Positions 1 to 9,083 of a stretch of DNA of 64,000 nt are shown here, one piece after another (the stretch's first letter is position 1; each line of letters starts with the position of its first letter). This stretch comes from a virus (taxonomy: Duplodnaviria; Caudoviricetes). Position numbers and translations under genes: made by a program. The notes below the pieces were generated by a model that was given only the letters and a program-made list of their open reading frames with translations, did no database searches and was not told the DNA's origin. The stretch lies in IMG/VR virus record IMGVR_UViG_3300029798_000001; one strand, written 5' to 3'.

Positions 1-420
1 GCACAGAGTCTTTGCCGTGTATGGCCCAGCCATTTTACCGCAGATATTGCTGACCAATACGCACACAATCCCGAACGCATTGCCAATCGTGCCTATGCTG
101 GCCGTATGGGCAACGGTGACGAAGCGTCAGGTGATGGATGGAATTATTGCGGTCGCGGACTTATTCAGATTACTGGCCGCAACAACTATCAGGCCTTTGC
201 AGATAGCCTACAGATGAACATTGCGGATGTTCCTGCCTTCCTACAAACATTTGAAGGTGCTATACAATCAGCGACCGCATTTTGGGAAACCAATAATCTT
301 AATCAGTTTGCAGATAGTTGGAACATTCAAAAGCTAAGTATTAAGATCAATGGCGGAGAGTTGGGCTTACCAGAGCGTATTGCTCAATGTAACCATGCAC
401 TTCAAGTATTAAACACGTAA
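1..420 (+). CDS. GH19 chitinase/lysozyme-family endolysin, 5' partial
   Basis: Frame 1 is open from base 1 (AQSLCRVWPSHF...ANRAYAGRMGNGDEASGDGWNYCGRGLIQITGRNNY), with the GH19 GRGxIQxTGxxNY signature; followed by spanin-like genes. Confidence 0.9.
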   Translation, partial: AQSLCRVWPSHFTADIADQYAHNPERIANRAYAGRMGNGDEASGDGWNYCGRGLIQITGRNNYQAFADSLQMNIADVPAFLQTFEGAIQSATAFWETNNLNQFADSWNIQKLSIKINGGELGLPERIAQCNHALQVLNT

Positions 421-422
421 TT

Positions 423-557
423 ATGACAATAGCATTTTTATATCGATGGACTCAAAAATCTACAGGAATGTGGTATGAAGGCTCACGGACTGCTAACGGT
501 AAAGAAATGGATATCGATAATTTTAATAAATGGCTTAAGCGACAAGGAAGTGCATAA
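423..557 (+). pseudogene. Internally deleted GIY-YIG (Seg-like) homing endonuclease remnant
   Basis: 44-aa ORF MTIAFLYRWTQKSTGMWYEGSRTANG...; the start resembles the YxW...TGxxYxGSR opening of Seg-type nucleases but lacks the rest of the domain. Confidence 0.5.
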
Positions 558-1039
558 TGTTAGATATTATCATAAAATACGCAGTTGGTGGTTTTCCAAT
601 TTGGATGTGGCCTGCCTGTGCCGGCGGCAGTGCTGTGATATATTTTTTATTTCATGTTCTTAGTTCGTTACCACAAATTCGTCCATATGCTTTTTTAATC
701 AAACCAGTCAGTGCTATTGTGTTTATGATTAGTATTTTTATGTATGGTGGTGCTGGAGTAGATGCCATCTATAAAGCGGCATTTAAAGAACAACAACAGC
801 AACTTGAGCTGGCCCAACAGGCCAGCACCGATGCTACAAAACAGTTAACAGATGCTTTGGCCGCCAATGAACATTTAGTCAAAGGCCGTAATTATGGAGT
901 TAGTCAAATTATTATAAAAGACACAACCAAGATCAACGCAGATTGTAATCGAATCAACAACGATGCCTGGGAAGATTATAATCGTGCGGTAAAAAATACA
1001 GGTAGCAAACAATTGCCTGCTGCAGGAGCCAAACAATGA
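557..1039 (+). CDS. Inner-membrane spanin-like (Rz) protein
   Basis: N-terminal TM helices, Q/A-rich coiled coil, located after the endolysin and overlapping a lipoprotein gene. Confidence 0.6.
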   Translation: MLDIIIKYAVGGFPIWMWPACAGGSAVIYFLFHVLSSLPQIRPYAFLIKPVSAIVFMISIFMYGGAGVDAIYKAAFKEQQQQLELAQQASTDATKQLTDALAANEHLVKGRNYGVSQIIIKDTTKINADCNRINNDAWEDYNRAVKNTGSKQLPAAGAKQ

Positions 1040-1305
1040 AACAATTAATTGTTATTTTTGTATTTTTATTGACCGCTTGCGCCAACAATAAACCACCTGC
1101 TATTCCCAACTGGCCAACTGTGCCTGCTGATCTGCAACAGCCTGCTGCGGATCTAACACCCCTGGGCGCCAACCAGCATAATTTGTCCGATTTGATCAGC
1201 AATTCAAACGACAATTACACTCAATACTATATTTTAAAAGAAAAGTATGAAGGCTGGCAAAATTGGTATAATGGTCAACAAAAGATATGGCAAGGTCTTA
1301 AATGA
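1036..1305 (+). CDS. Outer-membrane spanin-like (Rz1) lipoprotein
   Basis: Signal peptide with lipobox LTAC, Pro-rich linker (KPPAIPNWPTVP); ATGA overlap with the Rz-like gene. Confidence 0.7.
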   Translation: MKQLIVIFVFLLTACANNKPPAIPNWPTVPADLQQPAADLTPLGANQHNLSDLISNSNDNYTQYYILKEKYEGWQNWYNGQQKIWQGLK

Positions 1306-1706
1306 AAAAGTTATTGTCGGCGGTATTTGTTCTTGCCCTCAACGGATGTGTTGCGTATGATGCTTACATGCTAACATCATTTGACTCAAATGAATACCAA
1401 CTAATGGCACAGATCCGTATTGATGCCAGGCATTTTGCCACCGCTTGTGCCAACCCTGTCATGGGCAAACCCAATGCTGTTGCCATGGCCAATGAAACAG
1501 AGCTGTTTGTGGCCTACAGCGAATACTTGCCACACAATAGCGATGCTGTCAACGCCGCTCGAGCATTGAATGAAATAGCACAAGGACTCAAAGATAGATA
1601 CAACTCGGGCGGTGCTGTTAGCCCGTTATTCTGCAGGTTAAAGTTCAACGGAATAGAACACAGCGCAGATTTAATACAACAAACCTTAGGAAATAGACCA
1701 AGATGA
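1302..1706 (+). CDS. Hypothetical lipoprotein
   Basis: Lipobox LNGC after a hydrophobic stretch. Confidence 0.6.
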   Translation: MKKLLSAVFVLALNGCVAYDAYMLTSFDSNEYQLMAQIRIDARHFATACANPVMGKPNAVAMANETELFVAYSEYLPHNSDAVNAARALNEIAQGLKDRYNSGGAVSPLFCRLKFNGIEHSADLIQQTLGNRPR

Positions 1707-1963
1707 CCATAGATGAAATTAACCAGCAATTGGCCGCATTGGCCAACTGCGGAGACCCACAATTTGCTCAGGCTGCACAGTATGTGGCACAGGCTACTGC
1801 TGCTGCTCAAGCAGGACAAATGAGCCCGCAAGAATTAACAGAAACTCTGCAGGACATGCAACGGCAGATGCAAATCATACAGGACATGGGTCAACTACAA
1901 TTGAAAGAAACCCTGAATACTGTAATCAATGGCCTGATCTTGATTGCCGCTGCGGCAACATGA
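1703..1963 (+). CDS. Hypothetical protein (Q/A-rich helical)
   Basis: ATGA-coupled ORF in the operon. Confidence 0.6.
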   Translation: MTIDEINQQLAALANCGDPQFAQAAQYVAQATAAAQAGQMSPQELTETLQDMQRQMQIIQDMGQLQLKETLNTVINGLILIAAAAT

Positions 1964-1997
1964 ATTTGTAATATAACAACACATAAATAGACGCACC

Positions 1998-3080
1998 ATG
2001 ACAAATAAAGTATTATTCATCCTTAAACGCAGAGAAGATTACAACGCAGTGGAGCACAGTCCACAGGGACTTAGCACGGGCCTGTATAACTCGGCCAGCT
2101 TCATGAAAAACATGTTGGTCAACGCCGGGATTGACGCTGAACTTGAAGTTGCCATTGACAATAATGATATCGATCGACTGGTCACATTACACAAACCAAC
2201 TCATGTGATCATTGAAGCATTATGGGTGGTGCCCAGCAAATTTGCGGTATTGATTCCACTACACCCCACAGTTAGATGGATTGTTCGTCTACACAGTGAA
2301 ATGCCTTTTATGGCCGGCGAAGGCATGGCCATGGATTGGCTTGGAGAATACATTAAATTTCCTGAAATCAGTATTGGGGTAAATGCTCCTAGAATGCTGG
2401 ATGAAATTCGAACATATCTAGCCACTACAACAGATCATACGGAAGAAGAAACAGAAAGTCGCGTGTTTTATTTGCCCAACTACTATCCACAACAGTATAA
2501 CAGCAAAGATCTAGACGAACACAATCGTTATCGTGGCTACAAGTATTGGATTGATGTGGCCTGCTTTGGAGCGGTTCGTCCACTTAAAAACCACATGGTG
2601 CAGGCCGTAGCAGCCATCAAGTATGCTAACCAATACGGTAAACAGCTACGCTTCCACATCAATGCTGGCCGCATTGAAATGAAGGGCGATCCTGTGCTAA
2701 ACAACCTGCGCGGCATGTTTGAGCATCTAAGTGAGCATGGGCATCAACTAATAGCACATCAATGGGCAGTTAGAGAAGAATTCTTAGAACTATGTGCCGA
2801 CATGGACATAGGACTACAAACAAATTTTAGCGAAACATTTAACATTGTTTCGGCTGACTTGATTAGCCAAGGTGTTCCTATTGTTACCAGTAGAGAAATA
2901 CCCTGGAGCAACTGTATATTCAACGCTCGCCCTACAGAAAGTGACGAAATATATCATGCCATGACTAGAGCCTTGGTTTTTCCCAAGGCCAATGTGTGGT
3001 TGCATCAACACAATTTGACCCGTTATACCAATCGAACAGAAAAAATTTGGGTCAAATATTTTAAGGAGCCACAAAAATGA
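1998..3080 (+). CDS. GT-B fold (GT4-like) glycosyltransferase
   Basis: C-terminal GAVRPLKN and ETFNIVSADLISQGVPIV motifs; TAAATA at 1984. Confidence 0.7.
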   Translation: MTNKVLFILKRREDYNAVEHSPQGLSTGLYNSASFMKNMLVNAGIDAELEVAIDNNDIDRLVTLHKPTHVIIEALWVVPSKFAVLIPLHPTVRWIVRLHSEMPFMAGEGMAMDWLGEYIKFPEISIGVNAPRMLDEIRTYLATTTDHTEEETESRVFYLPNYYPQQYNSKDLDEHNRYRGYKYWIDVACFGAVRPLKNHMVQAVAAIKYANQYGKQLRFHINAGRIEMKGDPVLNNLRGMFEHLSEHGHQLIAHQWAVREEFLELCADMDIGLQTNFSETFNIVSADLISQGVPIVTSREIPWSNCIFNARPTESDEIYHAMTRALVFPKANVWLHQHNLTRYTNRTEKIWVKYFKEPQK

Positions 3081-3274
3081 GTAAACATCACTACAAAGTA
3101 AAAACACACCACTGGAGACAAGGTATTTTACACACAGCCGAGCAGGTATTTGAATCATTAGAAGAAGCCATGCAATACGCATTACACGCTGGCGGACACT
3201 CGGTTAAAGTTTATAACGAAAACGATCAATTGATACATCAGACCTCCGGTCAATCCAGCGATACCTATGCTTAG
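3077..3274 (+). CDS. Hypothetical protein
   Basis: Coupled 65-aa ORF. Confidence 0.6.
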   Translation: MSKHHYKVKTHHWRQGILHTAEQVFESLEEAMQYALHAGGHSVKVYNENDQLIHQTSGQSSDTYA

Positions 3275-3314
3275 TTTATTGTAGTAAATATAATAATAAT
3301 AAAAAGGAGCAGGT

Positions 3315-3965
3315 ATGTCACAGTTAAGTGAATACAATCACTCTACCGACAGCGAAAAGAAAAAAGAAGACTGGATGAACAGCAAATGGCGTCCAATGAT
3401 GGGTTGGATGTATATGTGTATCTGTATGTTTGATTTTATGATTGCACCAATTCTTTGGTCCACGATACAAGCACTATTCCACGGTGGTATTACAACACAA
3501 TGGCAACCCCTGACCCTTCAAGGCGGTGGCTTGTTCCATGTGGCCATGGGTGCTGTTATTGGTATTAGCGCATACGGTCGCACACAAGAAAAACTAGAAG
3601 GTGTGGCCGGGTCCAATCAACCCATGGGCACACAGTATGTTCCGCCTGGCGGTATGGGCGGTATGGGCGGTATGGGCAGTATGAACTCAGGACAGGGTGG
3701 AGGATTTAACAATGGCGGATTTAACAATGGGTCGCAGTCAATGGGCAGTGGGTCAACATTTGGCGCACCTTCAACAGGAGGATTCGGAAGTCCAGCACCA
3801 GCATTTGGTAGCACACCGTCTCCAACATTTGGTTCAGCCCCAGCACCAGCATTTGGATCTACGCCAGCACCAGCATTTGGCGCAGCACCAACATTTAATA
3901 CAACACCACCGGTAACTGCCGCAGGCGGGCCAAGTGGTCCAGCGCAATCTTTTCCAGCACTATAA
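3315..3965 (+). CDS. 3-TM holin-family membrane protein with FG-repeat low-complexity tail
   Basis: WRPMMGWMY...LTLQGGGLFHVAMGAVIGISAYGRTQEK typical of the 3-TM holin family; RBS AGGAG; TAAATA at 3285. Confidence 0.7.
   Translation: MSQLSEYNHSTDSEKKKEDWMNSKWRPMMGWMYMCICMFDFMIAPILWSTIQALFHGGITTQWQPLTLQGGGLFHVAMGAVIGISAYGRTQEKLEGVAGSNQPMGTQYVPPGGMGGMGGMGSMNSGQGGGFNNGGFNNGSQSMGSGSTFGAPSTGGFGSPAPAFGSTPSPTFGSAPAPAFGSTPAPAFGAAPTFNTTPPVTAAGGPSGPAQSFPAL
3648..3880 (+). repeat. Coding repeats in the holin tail
   Basis: GGCGGTATG x3 at 3648-3674; CCAGCACCAGCATTTGG x3 at 3792, 3840 and 3864 (PAPAFG). Confidence 0.95.
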
Positions 3966-3975
3966 GGATACAAAA

Positions 3976-4179
3976 ATGATAAAATTATTAGTAACATCGA
4001 ACATAGCCGTTTGGTTATTTGTTGGATTCGAAGTAGCACACGCTGTTGAAACAAAGCAAGTGTGTCACGATGTTGTGGTTAAGGGCAAAACGGTTAATCA
4101 ATGTAAGACTGTTAAAATACACAAAAAAGTAGAAGGTACTCCTGTACCAGACGCACCTGCCAAAAAAGCCAAGAAGTAA
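3976..4179 (+). CDS. Small secreted, Lys-rich protein
   Basis: Signal-like N-terminus ending AHA; two Cys; RBS AAGGA. Confidence 0.55.
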   Translation: MIKLLVTSNIAVWLFVGFEVAHAVETKQVCHDVVVKGKTVNQCKTVKIHKKVEGTPVPDAPAKKAKK

Positions 4180-4208
4180 TTGACATCACCTCAAGCAGAC
4201 AGTATAAT
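4180..4208 (+). promoter_or_regulatory. sigma70 promoter (perfect consensus) for dnaJ
   Basis: TTGACA-17 nt-TATAAT. Confidence 0.9.
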
Positions 4209-4235
4209 TAATATGCTGTCTGCTTTTTCTTTTAT

Positions 4236-5036
4236 ATGACTAACCACTACCAAACTCTCGGCGTTAATCGTGACGCCACCTCGGACGACATTAAACGGGC
4301 TTATCGTCGGCTCGCTAGCCAGCATCATCCTGATAAAGGTGGTGACAAAGTTAAATTCCAAGAATTACAATCAGCATATGCTATATTAAGCGATGATCAA
4401 AAAAGAGCCGAATACGATAACCCAATGAGTAGAAGTAATGGGTTTAATTTTCATACCAATGGCGCTGGCCCGTTTAATTTTGAAAGTATTTTTGATATTT
4501 TTGGCGCCAAATTCCAAAATCCCCATCAGCAACACCATCGTAAGGCACAACATGCCGTAATGACATTATGGATCACCTTACGAGATGTCGCACAAGGCGG
4601 TAATAGAAGTATTAGTGTTGGTACCCACCAAGGCAATATGACAGTGGAAATAGAAATACCCAAGGGTATCAATGACGGCGATAGTATACAATATTCTGGA
4701 ATTGGCCCCGGAGGCATCGATTTAGTAATCACCTATAGAATACACCCAGATCCTAAATGGGCTCGTCAAGGCTCTACCTTACAAACAGAACATACTATAT
4801 CTATTTGGGATTTAATCCTAGGATGTGAGATACCAATAAAAGACATATTGGGTAATAATTTAAGTTTAGCTGTGCCAGCCGGAACACAGCCCGGAACCAC
4901 ACTACGACTACGAGGCCGTGGACTTACTCCTCGTAGCAGTGAAACTGGAGATTTATTGGTTAAGGTACAGGCACAAATCCCTACAGATATCCCACAAGAA
5001 TTATTGGATCATATTACTCAATTCCGCGGTCAATAA
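4236..5036 (+). CDS. Class B J-domain co-chaperone (DnaJ/CbpA-like, no zinc finger)
   Basis: J domain with HPD (HHPDKGGD), G/F-rich linker, DnaJ C-terminal motifs (PAGTQPGTTLRLRGRG, GDLLV). Confidence 0.9.
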   Translation: MTNHYQTLGVNRDATSDDIKRAYRRLASQHHPDKGGDKVKFQELQSAYAILSDDQKRAEYDNPMSRSNGFNFHTNGAGPFNFESIFDIFGAKFQNPHQQHHRKAQHAVMTLWITLRDVAQGGNRSISVGTHQGNMTVEIEIPKGINDGDSIQYSGIGPGGIDLVITYRIHPDPKWARQGSTLQTEHTISIWDLILGCEIPIKDILGNNLSLAVPAGTQPGTTLRLRGRGLTPRSSETGDLLVKVQAQIPTDIPQELLDHITQFRGQ

Positions 5037-5049
5037 ATACCTATAGAGC

Positions 5050-5078
5050 TTGCATTTTGTAATAAAACATAGTATAAT
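5050..5078 (+). promoter_or_regulatory. sigma70 promoter for clpA
   Basis: TTGCAT-17 nt-TATAAT. Confidence 0.75.
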
Positions 5079-5111
5079 AAACATTCGGATAACACATAAT
5101 AAAAGGAATCC

Positions 5112-7388
5112 ATGCAAACTAGTCCAGAAATTGAACAGATACTCGAAAATGCCGTTGGTTTGGCTCGTGAGTACAAACACGAATATGTATTAACCGAACA
5201 TGTGCTACTGGCCTTGATTCGATATAATCCTTTTAGAAAATGCCTAGAAAAATTTGGCACTAATGTTGAGTTGATGGATTCAGAAATATACGCATATCTA
5301 CTCAGTCTAGTTAATTTGGTTACTAATAAAGATGCGCCACCAAAAAAAACTAACGCATTAGAACGCTGTTTTAACCGAGCACTAACACAGGTATTGTTTA
5401 CTGGCCGCCGCCAAGTGGCTACCGCAGATTTATACATGGCCATGATGGCCGAAAACAATAGTCATGCTCATTATTTCCTACTCAAGTACGGAGTTAAAAA
5501 ACAAGAGTTTATGGAATTTTGGCAGGTCCATTATAATCATTCTGATGTTACCTTAAACGATCAACAGGCTACAGAAATACTCACACAGCATTGTTTAGAT
5601 CTTACTAAGTTAGCCAAAGAAGATCGACTAGAACCTATGATTGGTCGTAGTGAAGAACTTGATGAAATGATTACAGTACTAGCACGACGCTTTAAGGCCA
5701 ATGTATTGATGGTTGGTGATCCAGGGGTAGGCAAAACAGCTATCATCGAGGGCCTGGCCCAGGAAATTAATGCAGGACGGGTTCCTGAGTTTTTAAAGGA
5801 TCACGAAGTATGGAGCCTGGAAATTGGTAGCTTGCTCGCCGGTAGTAAGTATCGCGGCGAGTTTGAGGAAAAGTTTAAGGCAGTTATTACAGCTCTGGAA
5901 ACTAAAAAGAAATGTATTTTGTTTATTGACGAAGCACATACAATGATGGGTGCAGGAAGTTCAAGTAACAGCACATTAGACTTTGCAAATATGTTAAAGC
6001 CTGCTATTACCAAAGGTAATTTAAAAGTAGTAGCAAGTACTACCTGGGAAGAATATTATGGATCGTTTGAAAAAGATCGCGCTTTAATGCGTCGCTTCCA
6101 TCGTGTGAGCATTGACGAACCTACTCCAGCAGTAACTGAGCAGATCCTGATTGGACTTAGCCCTAGACTAGAAACATTCCATAATGTATTAATTGATACA
6201 GATGCTATTACAGCAGCCGTGGAGTTAAGTGGCCGCTACATACACGATCGTAAAAATCCAGATAAGAGTATTGATTTGATCGATGGTGCTTGTGCTAAAG
6301 AGCGGGTCAAAGACAAAGGTAATGTTACAGTTAATCGTGATATGATTATGGCGCAGTTAAGTCGTGTAACCAGTGTGCCGTTGGACCGATTGCAAAACGA
6401 ACGCAGTACCAATATTGTTGAGTTAGAAAGTAATATCAAACAAAAGCTCTATGGACAAGATGCCGCAGTTGATGCTGTGCTAGAGCGTGTCTATATTAAC
6501 TTCTCGGGTATTGGTAATCAAAAGCGTCCTATCGCCAGTTATCTATTCCTGGGGCCAACTGGCACAGGTAAAACAGAATTGGCCAAATTGTTAGCAGAAA
6601 ATCTAGATATGAAGTTGCTCAAGTATGATATGAGTGAGTATCAAGAACGGCATACTGTAAGTAGTTTAATCGGAGCACCCCCGGGCTATGTAGGTTTTGA
6701 AGATGGTAATATAGGCGGCGGCAAACTAATATCAGATATTAGTAAAAATCCTTTTAGCATTTTATTATTCGACGAAATCGAAAAGGCACATCCAGATGTA
6801 ATTAACATTATGTTACAAATGTTAGATGAAGCTCGTATCACCAGCAGCAACGGTAAAACCGTGGATCTTAAAAATTGTATCATTATTATGACATCTAATT
6901 TGGGTGCTCGTGATAACGAAAATAATAATATTGGATTTGGACAAAGTTTAGAAAAGACCGGCAGTGAAGACAAGGCTATGAAAGATTTCTTCAAGCCCGA
7001 ACTACGCAATCGTATTGATCAAGTATGTAAGTTTGTTAAACTTGACACCCTGGCAATTAAGAAAGTTGTTATTAAATTTGTAGATGAATTAAAAGCCAGC
7101 TTAGTTGAACGGAACATTCGATTAACTCTAGCCGAGTCAGTCATTGATATGTTAGCCGATAAAGGATATGATAGTAAGATGGGGGCTCGTCCGTTAGGTC
7201 GTAAAATTGACGAGTTAATTCGTGTACCATTGAGTAAACGCATCTTATTTGATCGCTTAGAAAATTGTACAATACATGCCGTTATGAATAATGATCAAGT
7301 TGAGTTTGTTTCGGATGAATCAATCATGCAACCCGGAGTTGATGAAGAAGGATATATAGTACTTGATCAATTTAAACCAACAGTTTAA
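5112..7388 (+). CDS. clpA: ATP-dependent Clp protease ATP-binding subunit ClpA
   Basis: Clp N-domain, two AAA+ modules (GDPGVGKT, GPTGTGKT), ClpP-docking IGF loop (NNIGFG), no ClpB coiled-coil M domain; 758 aa. Confidence 0.9.
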   Translation: MQTSPEIEQILENAVGLAREYKHEYVLTEHVLLALIRYNPFRKCLEKFGTNVELMDSEIYAYLLSLVNLVTNKDAPPKKTNALERCFNRALTQVLFTGRRQVATADLYMAMMAENNSHAHYFLLKYGVKKQEFMEFWQVHYNHSDVTLNDQQATEILTQHCLDLTKLAKEDRLEPMIGRSEELDEMITVLARRFKANVLMVGDPGVGKTAIIEGLAQEINAGRVPEFLKDHEVWSLEIGSLLAGSKYRGEFEEKFKAVITALETKKKCILFIDEAHTMMGAGSSSNSTLDFANMLKPAITKGNLKVVASTTWEEYYGSFEKDRALMRRFHRVSIDEPTPAVTEQILIGLSPRLETFHNVLIDTDAITAAVELSGRYIHDRKNPDKSIDLIDGACAKERVKDKGNVTVNRDMIMAQLSRVTSVPLDRLQNERSTNIVELESNIKQKLYGQDAAVDAVLERVYINFSGIGNQKRPIASYLFLGPTGTGKTELAKLLAENLDMKLLKYDMSEYQERHTVSSLIGAPPGYVGFEDGNIGGGKLISDISKNPFSILLFDEIEKAHPDVINIMLQMLDEARITSSNGKTVDLKNCIIIMTSNLGARDNENNNIGFGQSLEKTGSEDKAMKDFFKPELRNRIDQVCKFVKLDTLAIKKVVIKFVDELKASLVERNIRLTLAESVIDMLADKGYDSKMGARPLGRKIDELIRVPLSKRILFDRLENCTIHAVMNNDQVEFVSDESIMQPGVDEEGYIVLDQFKPTV

Positions 7389-8079
7389 ACTTATTGTTAA
7401 AGATCGATTATTTTATAATCGATTTGAATATGCCATCGGGTTTCACTTAGATGAAGTTAGTTGTCTGCGTGAGCTCGACCATGTTTATATCGATACTATG
7501 ATCGAGCGTCGTATTGCTTGGCGTGAAATAGCACAACAGCGTATTATCGGCCCAGGTAAATCTAATTTGTTTGGACAACAGACCATACTGTCTCGCAGGC
7601 AAAAGGATATTACTGAAAAAACTGTAAGTAATCTACATGAGTTGGCCGATATACTATTAACTACTTCTGCAGATTTTAAATTAGTTGTCAGTGTTAGTAA
7701 CGGGCATGTTTATACCAACGATCGAGCACTGTTTGACCAGCTGGACAATTTAGAATACATAACACACAAAGATTATAGTCGAGCGGTTATCTGTCGGCCA
7801 ACAAATACAATACAATTAAAAAATCCAAAACATCAGTTTCGTAGCTATTTTAAAATGAGTAAATTACCGTACGAACAAAAGGATTATTTAATAAGTTTTT
7901 TATTAAATCAGCCCACAGTTAGAATTAGTCCGGCCCTGGATAGTTGGTTAATTAGTAAATTTCATAGGACCCAGGATTACTTTTTTATTGATCACAACGA
8001 ACAGTCGTGGTTAACCATGCTAAGTTTAGTATGTCCTGGATTAATAAGAAAAACTATGCAGATAATTCAGGCTAAATAG
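7363..8079 (+). CDS. Hypothetical protein
   Basis: 238-aa ORF overlapping the clpA end. Confidence 0.65.
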   Translation: MINLNQQFKLIVKDRLFYNRFEYAIGFHLDEVSCLRELDHVYIDTMIERRIAWREIAQQRIIGPGKSNLFGQQTILSRRQKDITEKTVSNLHELADILLTTSADFKLVVSVSNGHVYTNDRALFDQLDNLEYITHKDYSRAVICRPTNTIQLKNPKHQFRSYFKMSKLPYEQKDYLISFLLNQPTVRISPALDSWLISKFHRTQDYFFIDHNEQSWLTMLSLVCPGLIRKTMQIIQAK

Positions 8080-8085
8080 TTGACT

Positions 8086-8250
8086 ATGGCAAAAATTAAT
8101 CAACAAAATTTGGTAGTAACTTTAAGTAGTTTGATCAAAGATTCAGACCCGGAATCCTTTATTATGTCGGCTGATGTCCTAGAACAACTAGAAGCTGTTA
8201 TTGCTGAACTTGCTGGCGCAGGTGTAATTGTGGAAATTCAACAAGTATGA
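8086..8250 (+). CDS. Small hypothetical protein
   Basis: 54-aa ORF (MAKINQQNLVV...) read manually; TAAATA at 8073; ATGA-coupled to the next gene. Confidence 0.6.
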   Translation: MAKINQQNLVVTLSSLIKDSDPESFIMSADVLEQLEAVIAELAGAGVIVEIQQV

Positions 8251-8615
8251 CAGTCTATACAAATTTAACCCTATTACCGTTAACTGTTAACGGAACACCA
8301 TCAGGTAACTACAATGGCACAAGTACTACATTCATAGGAAATCTTGTTCCTGCGGCCAATTATTATGCTGGGCAAGGAATAGTACAAACACTAACCTACA
8401 CAACCGATGGGTTGGTTGGAGTAATTACTATACAGGCCACACTAGAAGATAATACTCCGCAGGCCGCATGGTTTGATATAGACTCGTATGGCAACGCCAC
8501 AGTTGCTACTACTGGAACGCAATCCAATTCTGTTATTGGCAATTTCACTTATTTGCGGGCACTAATAACAGAGTTTACCGCTGGTAATATCACTATTGTA
8601 ACTACCTCATACTAA
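8247..8615 (+). CDS. Hypothetical beta-rich protein, possibly virion-associated
   Basis: T/G/N-rich; late-promoter operon. Confidence 0.55.
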   Translation: MTVYTNLTLLPLTVNGTPSGNYNGTSTTFIGNLVPAANYYAGQGIVQTLTYTTDGLVGVITIQATLEDNTPQAAWFDIDSYGNATVATTGTQSNSVIGNFTYLRALITEFTAGNITIVTTSY

Positions 8616-8629
8616 TTTAGAAAGATCAT

Positions 8630-9067
8630 ATGACAACTTATCAACTCTCTTGCACGATTGGATCCACCGACACCACCGCTAAACTTGGCCTAGAAATATG
8701 GCTTGATACAAATCAATTATATAATACAGATCATGTAACAGATGTCAGTTTACCGTTGACATTTGATTTAGATGAGGACGAGGCTGCTCACGAACTACGA
8801 TTTGTAATGAAAAATAAAACTGCAGAGCATACACAAATTAACGAAACTGGTGATATTATATCCGATGCGAGACTTACAATTTCCGATCTAGCATTTGATG
8901 AAATTGCGCTGGGGCAACTGTTTATTGATCTAGCAGTATACACCCACGATTTTAATGGCACTCAAGCAGAAGCTCAAACTAAATTCTACGGTGAGATGGG
9001 CTGTAATGGCTCCGTAAGTTTAAAATTTACTAGCCCAATTTATCTATGGCTTTTAGAGCACCTGTGA
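8630..9067 (+). CDS. Hypothetical protein
   Basis: 145-aa ORF in the operon. Confidence 0.6.
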   Translation: MTTYQLSCTIGSTDTTAKLGLEIWLDTNQLYNTDHVTDVSLPLTFDLDEDEAAHELRFVMKNKTAEHTQINETGDIISDARLTISDLAFDEIALGQLFIDLAVYTHDFNGTQAEAQTKFYGEMGCNGSVSLKFTSPIYLWLLEHL

Positions 9068-9083
9068 CACTAAATATGTTACA

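Noticed and set aside
3617-4054. 145-aa minus-strand ORF
   Set aside because: Antisense shadow of the repetitive holin tail.
5030-7243. Minus-strand ORFs over clpA, and similar ones over dpdA-like (33045), rnh (56514) and amtB (61957)
   Set aside because: They lie fully antisense to well-supported genes and show no motifs, RBS or promoter.
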